A stretch of 64,000 nucleotides of DNA, taken from positions 9,845-73,844 of the forward strand of contig JAWBPV010000004.1 in the NCBI GenBank assembly GCA_039000425.1, in the 5' to 3' direction. A program made the position numbers and the translations under genes. Every line of letters begins with the position of its first letter. Position 1 is the first letter of the stretch. Origin of the DNA: Candidatus Aenigmatarchaeota archaeon. Its GTDB lineage: Archaea; Aenigmatarchaeota; Aenigmatarchaeia; CG10238-14; SCSR01. Below, one piece after another: positions 1 through 9,008 of the stretch. The notes beneath the pieces are model-generated. The model had not been told where the DNA came from. It worked only from the letters and a program-made list of their open reading frames with translations, and did not search any database.

Positions 1-78
1 AATGCAGAAAAAGTTTTGAGGAAGGTGGAGGAGATTGAAGCTAGGGCCAGGTATGTTGAAAGAAAAGTTAAAAGGTAG
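1..78 (+). CDS. 3' end of an upstream CDS (partial, unknown function)
   Basis: Frame 1 is open from the window edge to TAG at 76-78 ([25 protein letters not shown]). Too short to assign. Confidence 0.25.
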   Translation, partial: NAEKVLRKVEEIEARARYVERKVKR

Positions 79-277
79 AGATAAATTTGAAACTGCAGAG
101 AACTGTTCAATCCTTGGGATAATAATTGGTTTAACATTAATTTCTTCAGGTTTCTTGGTTTCGATGTTAAACCCAAAAGGTCTTGCAGCCATATTGCTTA
201 TGATCGGAAGTTTTATAATTTTTCTCTCGACAGTAGCCCTTGTTTTAACTTGGATTTTCAAAGAAATTTTAGGTTGA
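35..277 (+). CDS. small membrane protein, hypothetical
   Basis: 80-aa ORF (TTG at 35, first ATG at 53) with two hydrophobic helices ([38 protein letters not shown]). No recognisable family. Confidence 0.4.
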   Translation: MKLGPGMLKEKLKGRDKFETAENCSILGIIIGLTLISSGFLVSMLNPKGLAAILLMIGSFIIFLSTVALVLTWIFKEILG

Positions 278-323
278 TTCAAAGTTTTTATATATTCTTG
301 GAATAAGAATATTAAGTGGTTTT

Positions 324-782
324 ATGGCCAGGATGTATTCAGGAAAAAAGGGCAAATCAGGAAGCCACAAGCCTCCTGTTAAGGTTGTACCTAGATGGGT
401 GAAGATGAAAAAAGAGGATGTTGAAAAATTGATAGAAAAACTGGCTCAACAAAGGTTCAGCTCCGCAGAAATAGGGATGATTTTGAGAGATCAATACGGT
501 ATTCCAGACGTCAAAGCGATAACAGGAAAGAGTATAAGCGAGATAATGAAGGAAAAAAATGTGTATCCAGAAATACCAGAAGACTTGTTAAATCTTTTGA
601 GAAGGGCTGTTAACTTAAGGGCACATCTTGAAAAGAATAAAGCAGATAAACATTCTTTAAGAGGACTTCAAAACTTGGAATCGAAGATAAAGAGATTGGG
701 GAAATATTACGTGAGGAAGGGAATTTTACCGAAAGATTGGGAATATTCTCCTGAAAGAGCAAAGCTGATAGTTAAAAAGTGA
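324..782 (+). CDS. rps15: 30S ribosomal protein uS15 (S15P/S13e)
   Basis: 152 aa. The N-terminus [18 protein letters not shown] and the overall length and sequence are typical of archaeal S15P/S13e. Confidence 0.9.
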   Translation: MARMYSGKKGKSGSHKPPVKVVPRWVKMKKEDVEKLIEKLAQQRFSSAEIGMILRDQYGIPDVKAITGKSISEIMKEKNVYPEIPEDLLNLLRRAVNLRAHLEKNKADKHSLRGLQNLESKIKRLGKYYVRKGILPKDWEYSPERAKLIVKK

Positions 783-786
783 TAGC

Positions 787-2160
787 TTGTTCTTGGAAGA
801 ATTGGAAAGGGCATCCAACATTTTCAAATCGATAGTTAAATGTAAAAAGGTAAAAATTTTTTCTCACATAGATGCAGATGGGATAACGAGTGCCTCCATA
901 CTGATTAAAACTTTAACCAGATTAGGCCAAAATTTTGAGCTCAAGTTTGTAAAGCAACTCACGAGAAAATTCATTGAAAATTTAAAAGTGGGGGAAAACG
1001 AGATCATTGTTTTCTCGGATTTGGGAAGTGGCCAAGTCGATGTTTTGAATAATTTTTTGGATAAAACACAAGTTTTCATACTAGATCACCATGAACCGAA
1101 GAGTTTTAAACATTTAAACCTTTTTCACATAAACCCACTCTTGTTCGGTGAAGAAGAAATTTCTTCTTCGATGATATGCTATCTTTTCTCGAAGAATATT
1201 TCAATAAATAACGTTGATTTGATAGATTTGGCTTTGATCGGAGCTGTTGGGGATGAACAAGATGAAGGATGGAAGTTTGAAGGCTTGGCTAGAAAGATCT
1301 TGGAAGAAGCGGAAAATTTAGGTAAAGTTAGTGTGAGTAAAGGTATAAGATTGTACGGTAGAAACACAAGACCAATCCATAAATGTTTAGAGTTGAGTTT
1401 TGACCCATTCATACCAGGGATAACCGGCTCAGAATCTCAAGCAGTGCAGTTTTTATCAGAGCTTGGTATAAAAGTTAAAGAAAATGGAGAATGGAAAAAA
1501 TTGAGAGATTTAAGCTTGGATGAACAAAGGAAGTTGGCTTCAGCGATCATATTAGAAAGACTAAAATTTTCACAACCAAATGCTGTTGACATATTCGGTG
1601 AAATTTATACAATCTTAGACAGGGAAGAAGAACTTCAAGATGTGAGAGAATTTGCAACTTTTTTGAATGCTTGTGGTAGGACGAAGAATCCAGAGATTGG
1701 TGTTAAGCTTTGCTTGAAAGAAGCTGATATGAGAGAAGTTTGGGAAATAATTGAAGTTTACAGAAGACAAATAAATGAAGGTTTGAAGTTGTTGAGAGAG
1801 GGCGAGATAGTGTTATCTACAAAAAATGCAAATTTCATTCTAGCCGGTGATAAGATAAAGGATACGTTGATAGGTACGATAACTTCCATAGCTTTAAACT
1901 CGAATTTATTCCAAGATAACAAGCCTATATTCGGCTTGGCTGAAACGGATGAGAATATGATTAAAGTATCAGGTAGAGCACCAAAAGATTTCAGAATAAA
2001 CTTGAAAGAAATTTTAGAATATGCTGTTGAAAAATTGGGAGGAGAAGTGGGGGGCCACGCTAATGCTGCAGGTTGTTTAATAGATAAAAATTTACAAAAC
2101 GATTTCGTTAATATTATAGATAAAAAACTTGGTGAGGTCATTGGTGAAGAAAAAAGCTAA
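787..2160 (+). CDS. DHH/DHHA1 phosphoesterase, archaeal RecJ/GAN-like nuclease
   Basis: 457 aa with a TTG start. DHH motifs SHIDADGITS, DLGSG and LDHHE, plus DHHA1 motif GGHANAAG near the C-terminus. Confidence 0.75.
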   Translation: MFLEELERASNIFKSIVKCKKVKIFSHIDADGITSASILIKTLTRLGQNFELKFVKQLTRKFIENLKVGENEIIVFSDLGSGQVDVLNNFLDKTQVFILDHHEPKSFKHLNLFHINPLLFGEEEISSSMICYLFSKNISINNVDLIDLALIGAVGDEQDEGWKFEGLARKILEEAENLGKVSVSKGIRLYGRNTRPIHKCLELSFDPFIPGITGSESQAVQFLSELGIKVKENGEWKKLRDLSLDEQRKLASAIILERLKFSQPNAVDIFGEIYTILDREEELQDVREFATFLNACGRTKNPEIGVKLCLKEADMREVWEIIEVYRRQINEGLKLLREGEIVLSTKNANFILAGDKIKDTLIGTITSIALNSNLFQDNKPIFGLAETDENMIKVSGRAPKDFRINLKEILEYAVEKLGGEVGGHANAAGCLIDKNLQNDFVNIIDKKLGEVIGEEKS

Positions 2161-2722
2161 AGTCAAGGAAACTTTCACGATAATACTACCAAAAATGTTT
2201 GGTGAGAAAGAAATAGGTTATACTTTCGCTTCCAAACCAGAGCAAGTTGTTGGAAGAGAACTAACCGTTAGTGCTTTAGATGTTGTGGATAACATGAACA
2301 AGTATTACTTAAAACTCACTTTCAAAGTGAAAAAAGTTGAGGGGAATAAAGCTTTCACGGAATTCTACGGCTCTGAGTGTTTACAAGACTACATATCGAG
2401 GATGGTTGTAAGAAGGATTAGGAGGATAGATACAGTGCAAGATCTTTATACTAAAGATAAAGTTAAGTTAAGAGTTAAGAGTATATTAACTGTTCCAAGA
2501 AAAGCTAAGAGTAGTATTCAAAAGAAAATGAGCGATAAGATAAAGGAGATGATAAAAAACGAAGTTGAAAATAAGACTTTAGAAGAATTCGTTAAAAGCT
2601 TGATTTCAGACGAGATAAAGATGAAAATCATAACAGAAGGGAAGAAGATATATCCGATAAGAAATTTTGAAATCAGGAAGGTTGAAGTGTTACCTGAGAA
2701 AGAAGGGGAAAAACAAAGTTGA
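2129..2722 (+). CDS. rps3ae: 30S ribosomal protein eS1 (S3Ae)
   Basis: 197 aa. KKKAKVKETFTIILPKMFGEKEIGYT...GRELTVSALD...YYLKLTFKV matches the archaeal S3Ae pattern. TTG start overlaps the preceding gene. Confidence 0.85.
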   Translation: MVRSLVKKKAKVKETFTIILPKMFGEKEIGYTFASKPEQVVGRELTVSALDVVDNMNKYYLKLTFKVKKVEGNKAFTEFYGSECLQDYISRMVVRRIRRIDTVQDLYTKDKVKLRVKSILTVPRKAKSSIQKKMSDKIKEMIKNEVENKTLEEFVKSLISDEIKMKIITEGKKIYPIRNFEIRKVEVLPEKEGEKQS

Positions 2723-3827
2723 ACAATAGAATTGAAATCGTCAGAAAACTTATGAAGTAAGTTATCCCATCTGCATTTTTTTTGCTTATTTTTTCTGCTA
2801 TGGCACGAACCACCATGCCACCATCAAGAGGATATAATGGTAATATGTTGAAAATGGCTACAGCGTAATTTATTATCCACATCCAAGTTAGTAGTTGTAA
2901 CAAGAAATTCATATTCGTATTTCCTCTTGTGACAGGTGAATAAACTATCCCCATGTACGGCAAGCTAGCATTTTCGGGATTCGAAGCAAGTTTTAGTTTG
3001 AATTCAGTGTTGTTCGCTTTAATGGTTATTTCATCACCGGGTTTAAGGTTTGCAGTTTCTTCTGCTAAGTACCTAGATCCAGATAAAAATTCAGTATAAG
3101 TTAACTTCACAGGTTTGCCGTTTATTTCAGTTACGTACATACCAGGTTTTAGACCTGCTTGTGCTGCAGGCCCTGTGGCGTTGACCTCTTTCAATTCTAT
3201 CGGTCCAGGCACAAGGTACGGCCATATGATGTAGGAAGTGAGCGCGTATACGAACAAATAAACCAAGAAGTTTGCGACACTTCCAGCCACGAATATCCTA
3301 AGTTTACTAATGAGTTTGGCCTTTCTGAGTTGTTTTTCATCAGGTTCTACAAAAGCCCCTGGTAATATGAGGAGTAGCAAAAATCCAGCACTTTTAACTT
3401 TCACATTTTCGGTTCTGCACATTATTCCATGTAAACCTTCATGGGGAACTATAACTGAAATCACTATTATAACCCAAAACCAAAAAGGTAGAAGCAGATA
3501 ACCTTTTCCCACTTCAACCTCCGACTTGATAGAGGGTATAACAAAACTTAAACCTGGTAACTTTGCAACTCCCTCTATCAAGAGTTTTCCATAAGCTATT
3601 AAAGAGTAAAATCCTTCAAACATGAGGAAAAAGGCTATAGCTATGCCGATCGTGGCAAAAATCTTCCAGATTTTCTTTGGCTTGGACATTTTATCTAGAA
3701 GTTTTATTCCAAACTTAGTTCTCCTCAACAGTAAAAAATATTTGAATTCTATGTTCTTCCTGTCTTTATATACCAAAAAACCCAAAATCGTTAGGAATAC
3801 GATAACGGACAAAGCATGAACATCCAT
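2673..3827 (-). CDS. M50 family site-2 protease with PDZ domain
   Basis: 384 aa, polytopic. HExxH (PHEGLHG), PDZ-like GLKPGMYVTEINGKPV, and C-terminal NILPLYPLDGG motif. Confidence 0.8.
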   Translation of the reverse strand: MDVHALSVIVFLTILGFLVYKDRKNIEFKYFLLLRRTKFGIKLLDKMSKPKKIWKIFATIGIAIAFFLMFEGFYSLIAYGKLLIEGVAKLPGLSFVIPSIKSEVEVGKGYLLLPFWFWVIIVISVIVPHEGLHGIMCRTENVKVKSAGFLLLLILPGAFVEPDEKQLRKAKLISKLRIFVAGSVANFLVYLFVYALTSYIIWPYLVPGPIELKEVNATGPAAQAGLKPGMYVTEINGKPVKLTYTEFLSGSRYLAEETANLKPGDEITIKANNTEFKLKLASNPENASLPYMGIVYSPVTRGNTNMNFLLQLLTWMWIINYAVAIFNILPLYPLDGGMVVRAIAEKISKKNADGITYFISFLTISILLFNFVFPLLSQVTLQPS

Positions 3828-3919
3828 AACACCACTCTAAAGAAATTATCCTTCTAGATATAAATTGTAATAAAGAAATAAATATCTGGGAGATAAAACA
3901 TCTTTAATAAGTTCTGGCG

Positions 3920-6034
3920 ATGACTGTGAGCGAAGAAAATGAAATGAAAATTTCTAAGATAGTAAAAAGGAATGGAACTATAGTTGATTTCAATCAAGAA
4001 AAGATAACAGAAGCTATATGGAAAGCAGCTCAGGCCGTTGGTGGTAAAGATAGGAATTTAGCCGAAAAGTTATCTTCTCAAGTTGTTGAGTTGTTGAAGA
4101 AACAGCTTAAGCCTGGTGAAATACCTACAGTTGAACAAGTTCAAGATCTTGTCGAGAAAGTTTTGGTAGAGAACGGTCATTATAAAACTGCTAAAGCTTA
4201 CATACTCTACAGGGCATTACACAATCAAATAAGGGAATTGGTTGACGGATACCTTGAGAAAAAAACATGGCTTGTTAAAGAAAATGCCAACATGAGTTAT
4301 TCTTTACAAGGATTGAACACACACATTTCTTCTCAAGTTATTTCACAATATTGGCTTCACAGGATTTACTTGAAGAGGAATCCCGATATAGCCAAAGCCC
4401 ATATAGAAGGAGATTTTCACATCCACAACTTACAAATCCTAGCTCCTTATTGTGTTGGTTGGGATCTACAAGATTTGCTTTTAAGTGGTTTCACTGGTGT
4501 TAGAGGAAAAATATCATCAAAACCAGCTAAGCATTTCAGGGTAGCTTTGATGCATATCGTCAATTTCATCTATACTTTAACAGGAGAAGCAGCTGGTGCT
4601 CAAGCTTTCAGCAATTTCGACACTTTCGTATCACCTTTCATAAGGTTTGATAATTTAAGCTACAAAGAGGTGAAACAAGCCTTGCAAGAGTTCATGTTCA
4701 ACATGAACGTTCCAACAAGAGTGGGTTTTCAATGCCCTTTCAGCAACATAACACTTGACCTTGAAGTTCCCAAATTCATGGAAAATGAGCCGGTTATAAT
4801 AGGAGGAAAACCGATGAATGAAACTTACGGCGATTTTCAAGAAGAAATGGATTTGTTCAACATGGCTTTAGCAGAAATAATGCTCGAAGGTGATGGGATC
4901 GGTAGAGTATTCTCTTTTCCGATTCCAACCATAAACGTTACTAAAAATTTCGACTGGGAAAGTGAAGTTGTTAGAAAAGTTTTGGAGACTAGTGCCAAGT
5001 ATGGAATTCCATATTTCGCCAATTTCATCAATTCAGACATGAAGCCTGAAGACGTTCGCTCTATGTGTTGTAGGCTTAGGATAGACAATAGAGAACTTAG
5101 GAAAAGGGGCGGGGGATTGTTCGGGGCCAACCCTCTTACTGGCAGCATAGGCGTTATAACTATAAACATGCCAAGGATAGGTTATTTATCTAAAGACGAA
5201 AAAGATTTTTTTGAAAGATTGGAAAATCTGATGGAACTGGCAAAACAAGCTTTAGAGATAAAAAGAAGTGTTTTGGAACAGTTCACAGAAAGAGGACTTT
5301 ATCCATATTCTAAATTCTACTTGAGAAGGATAAAAGAGGAGTTTGGTGTTTATTGGAAAAATCATTTCAATACGATTGGTTTAATTGGTATGAACGAAGC
5401 ATGTTTGAATTTCCTCAAATGTTCAATAGGTGATGAGGAAGGTTATAAATTTGCTTTGAAAGTTTTGGATTTCATGCGTGAAAGAATAGCGGATTTTCAA
5501 GAAGAAACAGGAAATATTTACAATCTAGAAGCTACGCCAGCAGAGGGCACAAGCTATAGCTTGGCTAAAAAAGATAAACAGAAATACCCTGATATAATAG
5601 TGGCTAATGAAACCGATGTCAAGACAAGGAAAGCAGAGCCTTATTACACCAACTCAACTTGGTTACCAGTTTATTACACAGATGATCTTTGGGAACTTTT
5701 AAAACATCAAGATGCGCTTCAAGCAAAGTACACAGGGGGAACAGTGGTACACATTTGGCTTGGTGAAAGAGTTTCTCCTGAAAACGTTGGTTTGCTTGTT
5801 AAAAAGATTTTCGAGAATTTCAGATTACCTTACATAACCATAACACCAACATTCAGCGTTTGCCAAACCCATGGCTACGTTTCAGGAGAGCATTGGAAAT
5901 GCCCTGTTTGTAATTCTGAAACAGAAGTTTACTCCAGAGTTGTTGGTTATTTAAGACCTGTTGATCAATGGAATGAAGGTAAGCAAGAAGAATTCAAGCA
6001 GAGAAAAACTTTTGATAAAGTTTTTAAAAAATGA
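3920..6034 (+). CDS. nrdD: anaerobic ribonucleoside-triphosphate reductase (class III)
   Basis: 704 aa. N-terminal ATP-cone (KIVKRNGTIVDFNQEKI), active-site region SMCCRLRID, C-terminal Zn site CPVCN and glycyl-radical motif RVVGYLRP. Confidence 0.9.
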   Translation: MTVSEENEMKISKIVKRNGTIVDFNQEKITEAIWKAAQAVGGKDRNLAEKLSSQVVELLKKQLKPGEIPTVEQVQDLVEKVLVENGHYKTAKAYILYRALHNQIRELVDGYLEKKTWLVKENANMSYSLQGLNTHISSQVISQYWLHRIYLKRNPDIAKAHIEGDFHIHNLQILAPYCVGWDLQDLLLSGFTGVRGKISSKPAKHFRVALMHIVNFIYTLTGEAAGAQAFSNFDTFVSPFIRFDNLSYKEVKQALQEFMFNMNVPTRVGFQCPFSNITLDLEVPKFMENEPVIIGGKPMNETYGDFQEEMDLFNMALAEIMLEGDGIGRVFSFPIPTINVTKNFDWESEVVRKVLETSAKYGIPYFANFINSDMKPEDVRSMCCRLRIDNRELRKRGGGLFGANPLTGSIGVITINMPRIGYLSKDEKDFFERLENLMELAKQALEIKRSVLEQFTERGLYPYSKFYLRRIKEEFGVYWKNHFNTIGLIGMNEACLNFLKCSIGDEEGYKFALKVLDFMRERIADFQEETGNIYNLEATPAEGTSYSLAKKDKQKYPDIIVANETDVKTRKAEPYYTNSTWLPVYYTDDLWELLKHQDALQAKYTGGTVVHIWLGERVSPENVGLLVKKIFENFRLPYITITPTFSVCQTHGYVSGEHWKCPVCNSETEVYSRVVGYLRPVDQWNEGKQEEFKQRKTFDKVFKK

Positions 6035-6038
6035 TAGA

Positions 6039-6743
6039 ATGTTGATAGCAGGATTTCAGAAAACAAGCTTGATAGATTATCCAGGAAAAATTTCTTCTAT
6101 AATTTTCTTGGCTGGATGCAATTTCAGATGTCAATTCTGTTACGTACCTCAACTCGTTTTACCAGAGGAGATTAAGAAAATTAAAGGTATGGGTGAAAAT
6201 AGAATACTCTCTTACTTGAATGAAAACAAAAAGTTCATAGATGCTGTTGTTTTCACGGGAGGAGAACCAACTTTGAACGAAGATTTACCCATTTTAATTC
6301 AAAAGATCAAATCGATGGGATTTTCAATTGGCCTCGAAACTAACGGGAGCAATCCGAAGATGCTTTCAGATTTGATCGAAGAGAAATTGGTAGATTACGT
6401 GGCCATGGATGTTAAGACTAGGTTAGAATTCAGCTCGTACAAAAAAATAGTGCAAAAGTTAAATAGGGAAACTTTCGAGAAAGTTAAAAAATCAATAGAT
6501 ATACTGATCTCTTCCGGGATTGATTACGAGTTCAGAACAACCCTTGTCAAAGAGTTACATTCGGTTGAAGACGTGATTGAAATTTGCAAAAGTTTGAAAG
6601 GTGCAAAAGTTTACTATTTACAAAATTTCAAGAAATTCAACGATATCATTTCTAAAAAAATTTTTTCACCTTTTGAAGAAAAAAGAATTGAAGAGATGGT
6701 AGATAGGGGAAAAGAGTTCGTAAACATAAAGTTCAGGGGTTGA
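6039..6743 (+). CDS. nrdG: anaerobic RNR activating protein (radical SAM)
   Basis: CNFRCQFCY radical-SAM cluster motif and GGEPTL. It lies immediately after nrdD. ATG at 6039 is preferred over the track's TTG at 5961, which lies inside nrdD. Confidence 0.8.
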   Translation: MLIAGFQKTSLIDYPGKISSIIFLAGCNFRCQFCYVPQLVLPEEIKKIKGMGENRILSYLNENKKFIDAVVFTGGEPTLNEDLPILIQKIKSMGFSIGLETNGSNPKMLSDLIEEKLVDYVAMDVKTRLEFSSYKKIVQKLNRETFEKVKKSIDILISSGIDYEFRTTLVKELHSVEDVIEICKSLKGAKVYYLQNFKKFNDIISKKIFSPFEEKRIEEMVDRGKEFVNIKFRG

Positions 6744-8148
6744 TCTTCTTCAATACAGGGCCTTTTTTCGTGTCCTCTACGATGTAACCCAAACTTCTTA
6801 TTTTTTCTCTTAACAAATCGGCTTTTTCAAATTCCCCTCTCTTCCTCAATCGTTCTCTTTCTTCAACAAGCTTTTTAACCTCTTCCGGTATTTCCTCAAT
6901 TCTTACCTCTTTCTGAAGTATACCAAAAATTTGTCCAAATTTTCTAAAAGTATTCACAATTTTTATCGCAAGTGTTTTGGCTATTTCTCCGTTCTGTTTG
7001 TTCAAAATTTCATTGGTTTTATTGGATAGTTTGTGGAGGCAGAGAAGTGCTTTTGGTGTGTTGAAATCGTCATCCATACATTCTTCAAACTCTTTTTCAA
7101 TTTTCTTCAAAAACTTTTCAAACATCCTCTCCCTTTTATTCAAACTTCTCCTCTTTTTCGCCCCCTCCAGATTTTTAATCGTGTTGTAAAATTTCTCCAC
7201 GTTCTTCTTAGCTTGTTCCAAACTCTTTTCATTATAATCTATCGGACTCCTGTAGTGGGAAGATAAAAAGAACAATCTTATAGTTTCGGCATCATATTTT
7301 TTCAAAGCCTCTCTTATCGTTATGAAATTTCCAAGAGACTTGGACATTTTTTTTCCGTTAACTGTTAGAAAACCTGTGTGAAGCCAATATTTAACGAAAG
7401 GCTTTTTCCCCGAAATTGCTTCCATTTGAGCTATTTCAGCCTCATGATGGGGAAATATCAAATCCCTAGCTCCACCGTGGATATCGTATTGAGGACCGAA
7501 ATGTGCTTCTGTTATAGCTGTATCTTCTATATGCCATCCAGGCCTTCCTTCAAACCATGGAGAAGGCCACTTTGGTTCGTCTGGCTTGGATTTCTTCCAT
7601 AAACAAAAATCTCCTTTATTCCTCTTGCTAACGCTTTCATCTATCCTAGAGACAGCATCCTCAGCTTCGAGGGCAGTCCTTCCAGATAACTTTCCATATT
7701 CTTTGAATTTACTTATATCGTAGTAAATACCGTCTTCTATTTCATAAGCGTAACCTTTTTTAATCAATCTTTCAACTTGACTTATTATTTCTTTTATGTA
7801 CTCTGTTGCTCGGGCGTATTTATTAACAGAAGTTATACCCAAAGCTTTCATATCTTCATAATATTCTTTTTCAAACTTCCTCGCTATAGTTTGTGGATCG
7901 GTTCCTTCTTTCTTGGCCCTATCAATTATCTTATCGTCCAAATCAGTTATGTTTTGAAGATAAAATACTTCAAAACCTTTGTACCTTAAGTACCTGGCTA
8001 TGACATCGAACTGAATGTAAGTTTTAGCATGTCCCAAGTGTGAGAAATCGTAGACCGTTGGCCCACAAACGAACATCTTCACTTTTCTATCTTTCATTGG
8101 TTTGAAAACTTCTTTTTTTCTCGTTAGTGTGTTGAATACTCTTAGCAT
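6733..8148 (-). CDS. cysS: cysteinyl-tRNA synthetase
   Basis: HIGH-type motif (FSHLGHAKTY), KMSKS (KMSKSLGN) and the WPSPWFEGRPGWHIE block. Start moved to ATG at 8148 (MLRVFNTLTRKKE) because the longer ORF reads through tRNA-Cys. Confidence 0.9.
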   Translation of the reverse strand: MLRVFNTLTRKKEVFKPMKDRKVKMFVCGPTVYDFSHLGHAKTYIQFDVIARYLRYKGFEVFYLQNITDLDDKIIDRAKKEGTDPQTIARKFEKEYYEDMKALGITSVNKYARATEYIKEIISQVERLIKKGYAYEIEDGIYYDISKFKEYGKLSGRTALEAEDAVSRIDESVSKRNKGDFCLWKKSKPDEPKWPSPWFEGRPGWHIEDTAITEAHFGPQYDIHGGARDLIFPHHEAEIAQMEAISGKKPFVKYWLHTGFLTVNGKKMSKSLGNFITIREALKKYDAETIRLFFLSSHYRSPIDYNEKSLEQAKKNVEKFYNTIKNLEGAKKRRSLNKRERMFEKFLKKIEKEFEECMDDDFNTPKALLCLHKLSNKTNEILNKQNGEIAKTLAIKIVNTFRKFGQIFGILQKEVRIEEIPEEVKKLVEERERLRKRGEFEKADLLREKIRSLGYIVEDTKKGPVLKKINP

Positions 8149-8159
8149 TTTCTCACGAG

Positions 8160-8232
8160 AGCTCGGGGCGGGATTCGAACCCGCATCCACCGCTCTGCAG
8201 GCGGTTGCATAGCCTGGTTCTGCCACCCGAGC
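8160..8232 (-). tRNA. tRNA-Cys(GCA)
   Basis: Minus strand. Acceptor GCTCGGG/CCCGAGC, anticodon arm ACCGC-CTGCAGA-GCGGT, T arm GCGGG-TTCGAAT-CCCGC. No intron. Confidence 0.9.
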
Positions 8233-8237
8233 TTATA

Positions 8238-8268
8238 AATATTTTTTCATTTGAATATTTTTCATTTG
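8238..8268. repeat. tandem 16/15-nt direct repeat (aatatttt(t)tcatttg x2) in the tRNA-Cys 5' flank
   Basis: Read directly. On the minus strand it is CAAATGAAAAATATT CAAATGAAAAAATATT at about -6 to -36 from the tRNA 5' end. It contains TATA-like AAAAATATT. Confidence 0.5.
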
Positions 8269-8486
8269 TCAGACAAAATCTTCTCATTTTAAAAGTATCA
8301 GAGATAAACTCAACAGAAGAGATGTTATTAAAAGAAAATTTTTCAATTTTGATTATTTCTACGTCTACTTCTTCGAATAAATTAAGGTTTTTTGAGTAGG
8401 CAAAAACCCCCACCCATCTTCACACGATTAAAATTTAGTTAGAATAGTATTTAAAGTTATAACATTTATTCATTCTAAAAACATTT

Positions 8487-8849
8487 TCAAACATCTTTTA
8501 TTCTTAATGGTAAAGAGTGGTTGAAGAATATTTTAGTTTCACGGCTCTTAAATTTTCTTGCTACATATTCGAAAGCTTCTTTCAAGTTTGAATCGGGGTT
8601 ACAACTCGATAAATAAAGCAATACGCTTTTGTTTTCTGGGTAAGAAGAAAAAGTTATTATAGATTCTTTTATGATGATAGTGTAAGTAAGACCATACGGT
8701 TCATACTTATGATAACACTCTTCTACAGGCTCGACTTGCATCAATTTAGCAGCTTCTTTAAGTGTTCTAGACACATTTTCAGGATCATCTATATTTTCTT
8801 CACAATCGTACAATCCACCTATTAAAATTTTTTCAAAATTTTTTTCCAC
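8487..8849 (-). CDS. S-adenosylmethionine decarboxylase (SpeH/pyruvoyl) family protein, divergent
   Basis: 120 aa. Aligns by eye to archaeal SpeH (GGLYDCE.., YHKYEPYGLTY, KESIITFSSYPE vs ESHISIHTWPE, SSCN vs FTCG). The Glu-Ser processing dipeptide is present, but the following His and the HTW are replaced. Confidence 0.5.
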   Translation of the reverse strand: MEKNFEKILIGGLYDCEENIDDPENVSRTLKEAAKLMQVEPVEECYHKYEPYGLTYTIIIKESIITFSSYPENKSVLLYLSSCNPDSNLKEAFEYVARKFKSRETKIFFNHSLPLRIKDV

Positions 8850-8921
8850 ATATAAAATATTCTATTCAAAAATTTTAAGCTTTTGTTAGCTTCAGGAAAA
8901 TGAGGAAATGTGTAGAGAAAA

Positions 8922-9005
8922 TGCGGGGAGTGGGATTCGAACCCACGAAGGCACTAAGCCACGAGGCTCTGAACCTCGCGCCATCGACCTCTAGGCGATC
9001 CCCGC
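8922..9005 (-). tRNA. tRNA-Leu(CAG)
   Basis: Minus strand. Acceptor GCGGGGA/TCCCCGC, anticodon arm CGAGG-TTCAGAG-CCTCG, long variable arm TGGCTTAGTGCCTTC, T arm GTGGG-TTCGAAT-CCCAC. Confidence 0.9.
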
Positions 9006-9008
9006 ATT

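Noticed and set aside
5961-6038. Longer nrdG start (TTG 5961) overlapping nrdD by 74 nt
   Set aside because: ATG 6039, directly after the nrdD stop, gives a normal activase N-terminus. The extension (MINGMKVSKKNSSREK...) is nrdD sequence read out of frame.
8149-8413. N-terminal extension of the cysS ORF to 8226, and the 86-aa minus ORF 8153-8413 and 64-aa plus ORF 8205-8399
   Set aside because: All read through or into tRNA-Cys (8160-8232). The translated segment AEPGYATACRAVDAGSNPAP is simply the tRNA read as protein. The remainder is low-complexity AT-rich spacer.
8233-8486. Possible ncRNA in the 254-nt gap between the tRNA-Cys gene and the SpeH-like gene
   Set aside because: Apart from the short tandem repeat I found no convincing stem-loops or known RNA motifs by eye. 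Covariance-model scanning would be needed.
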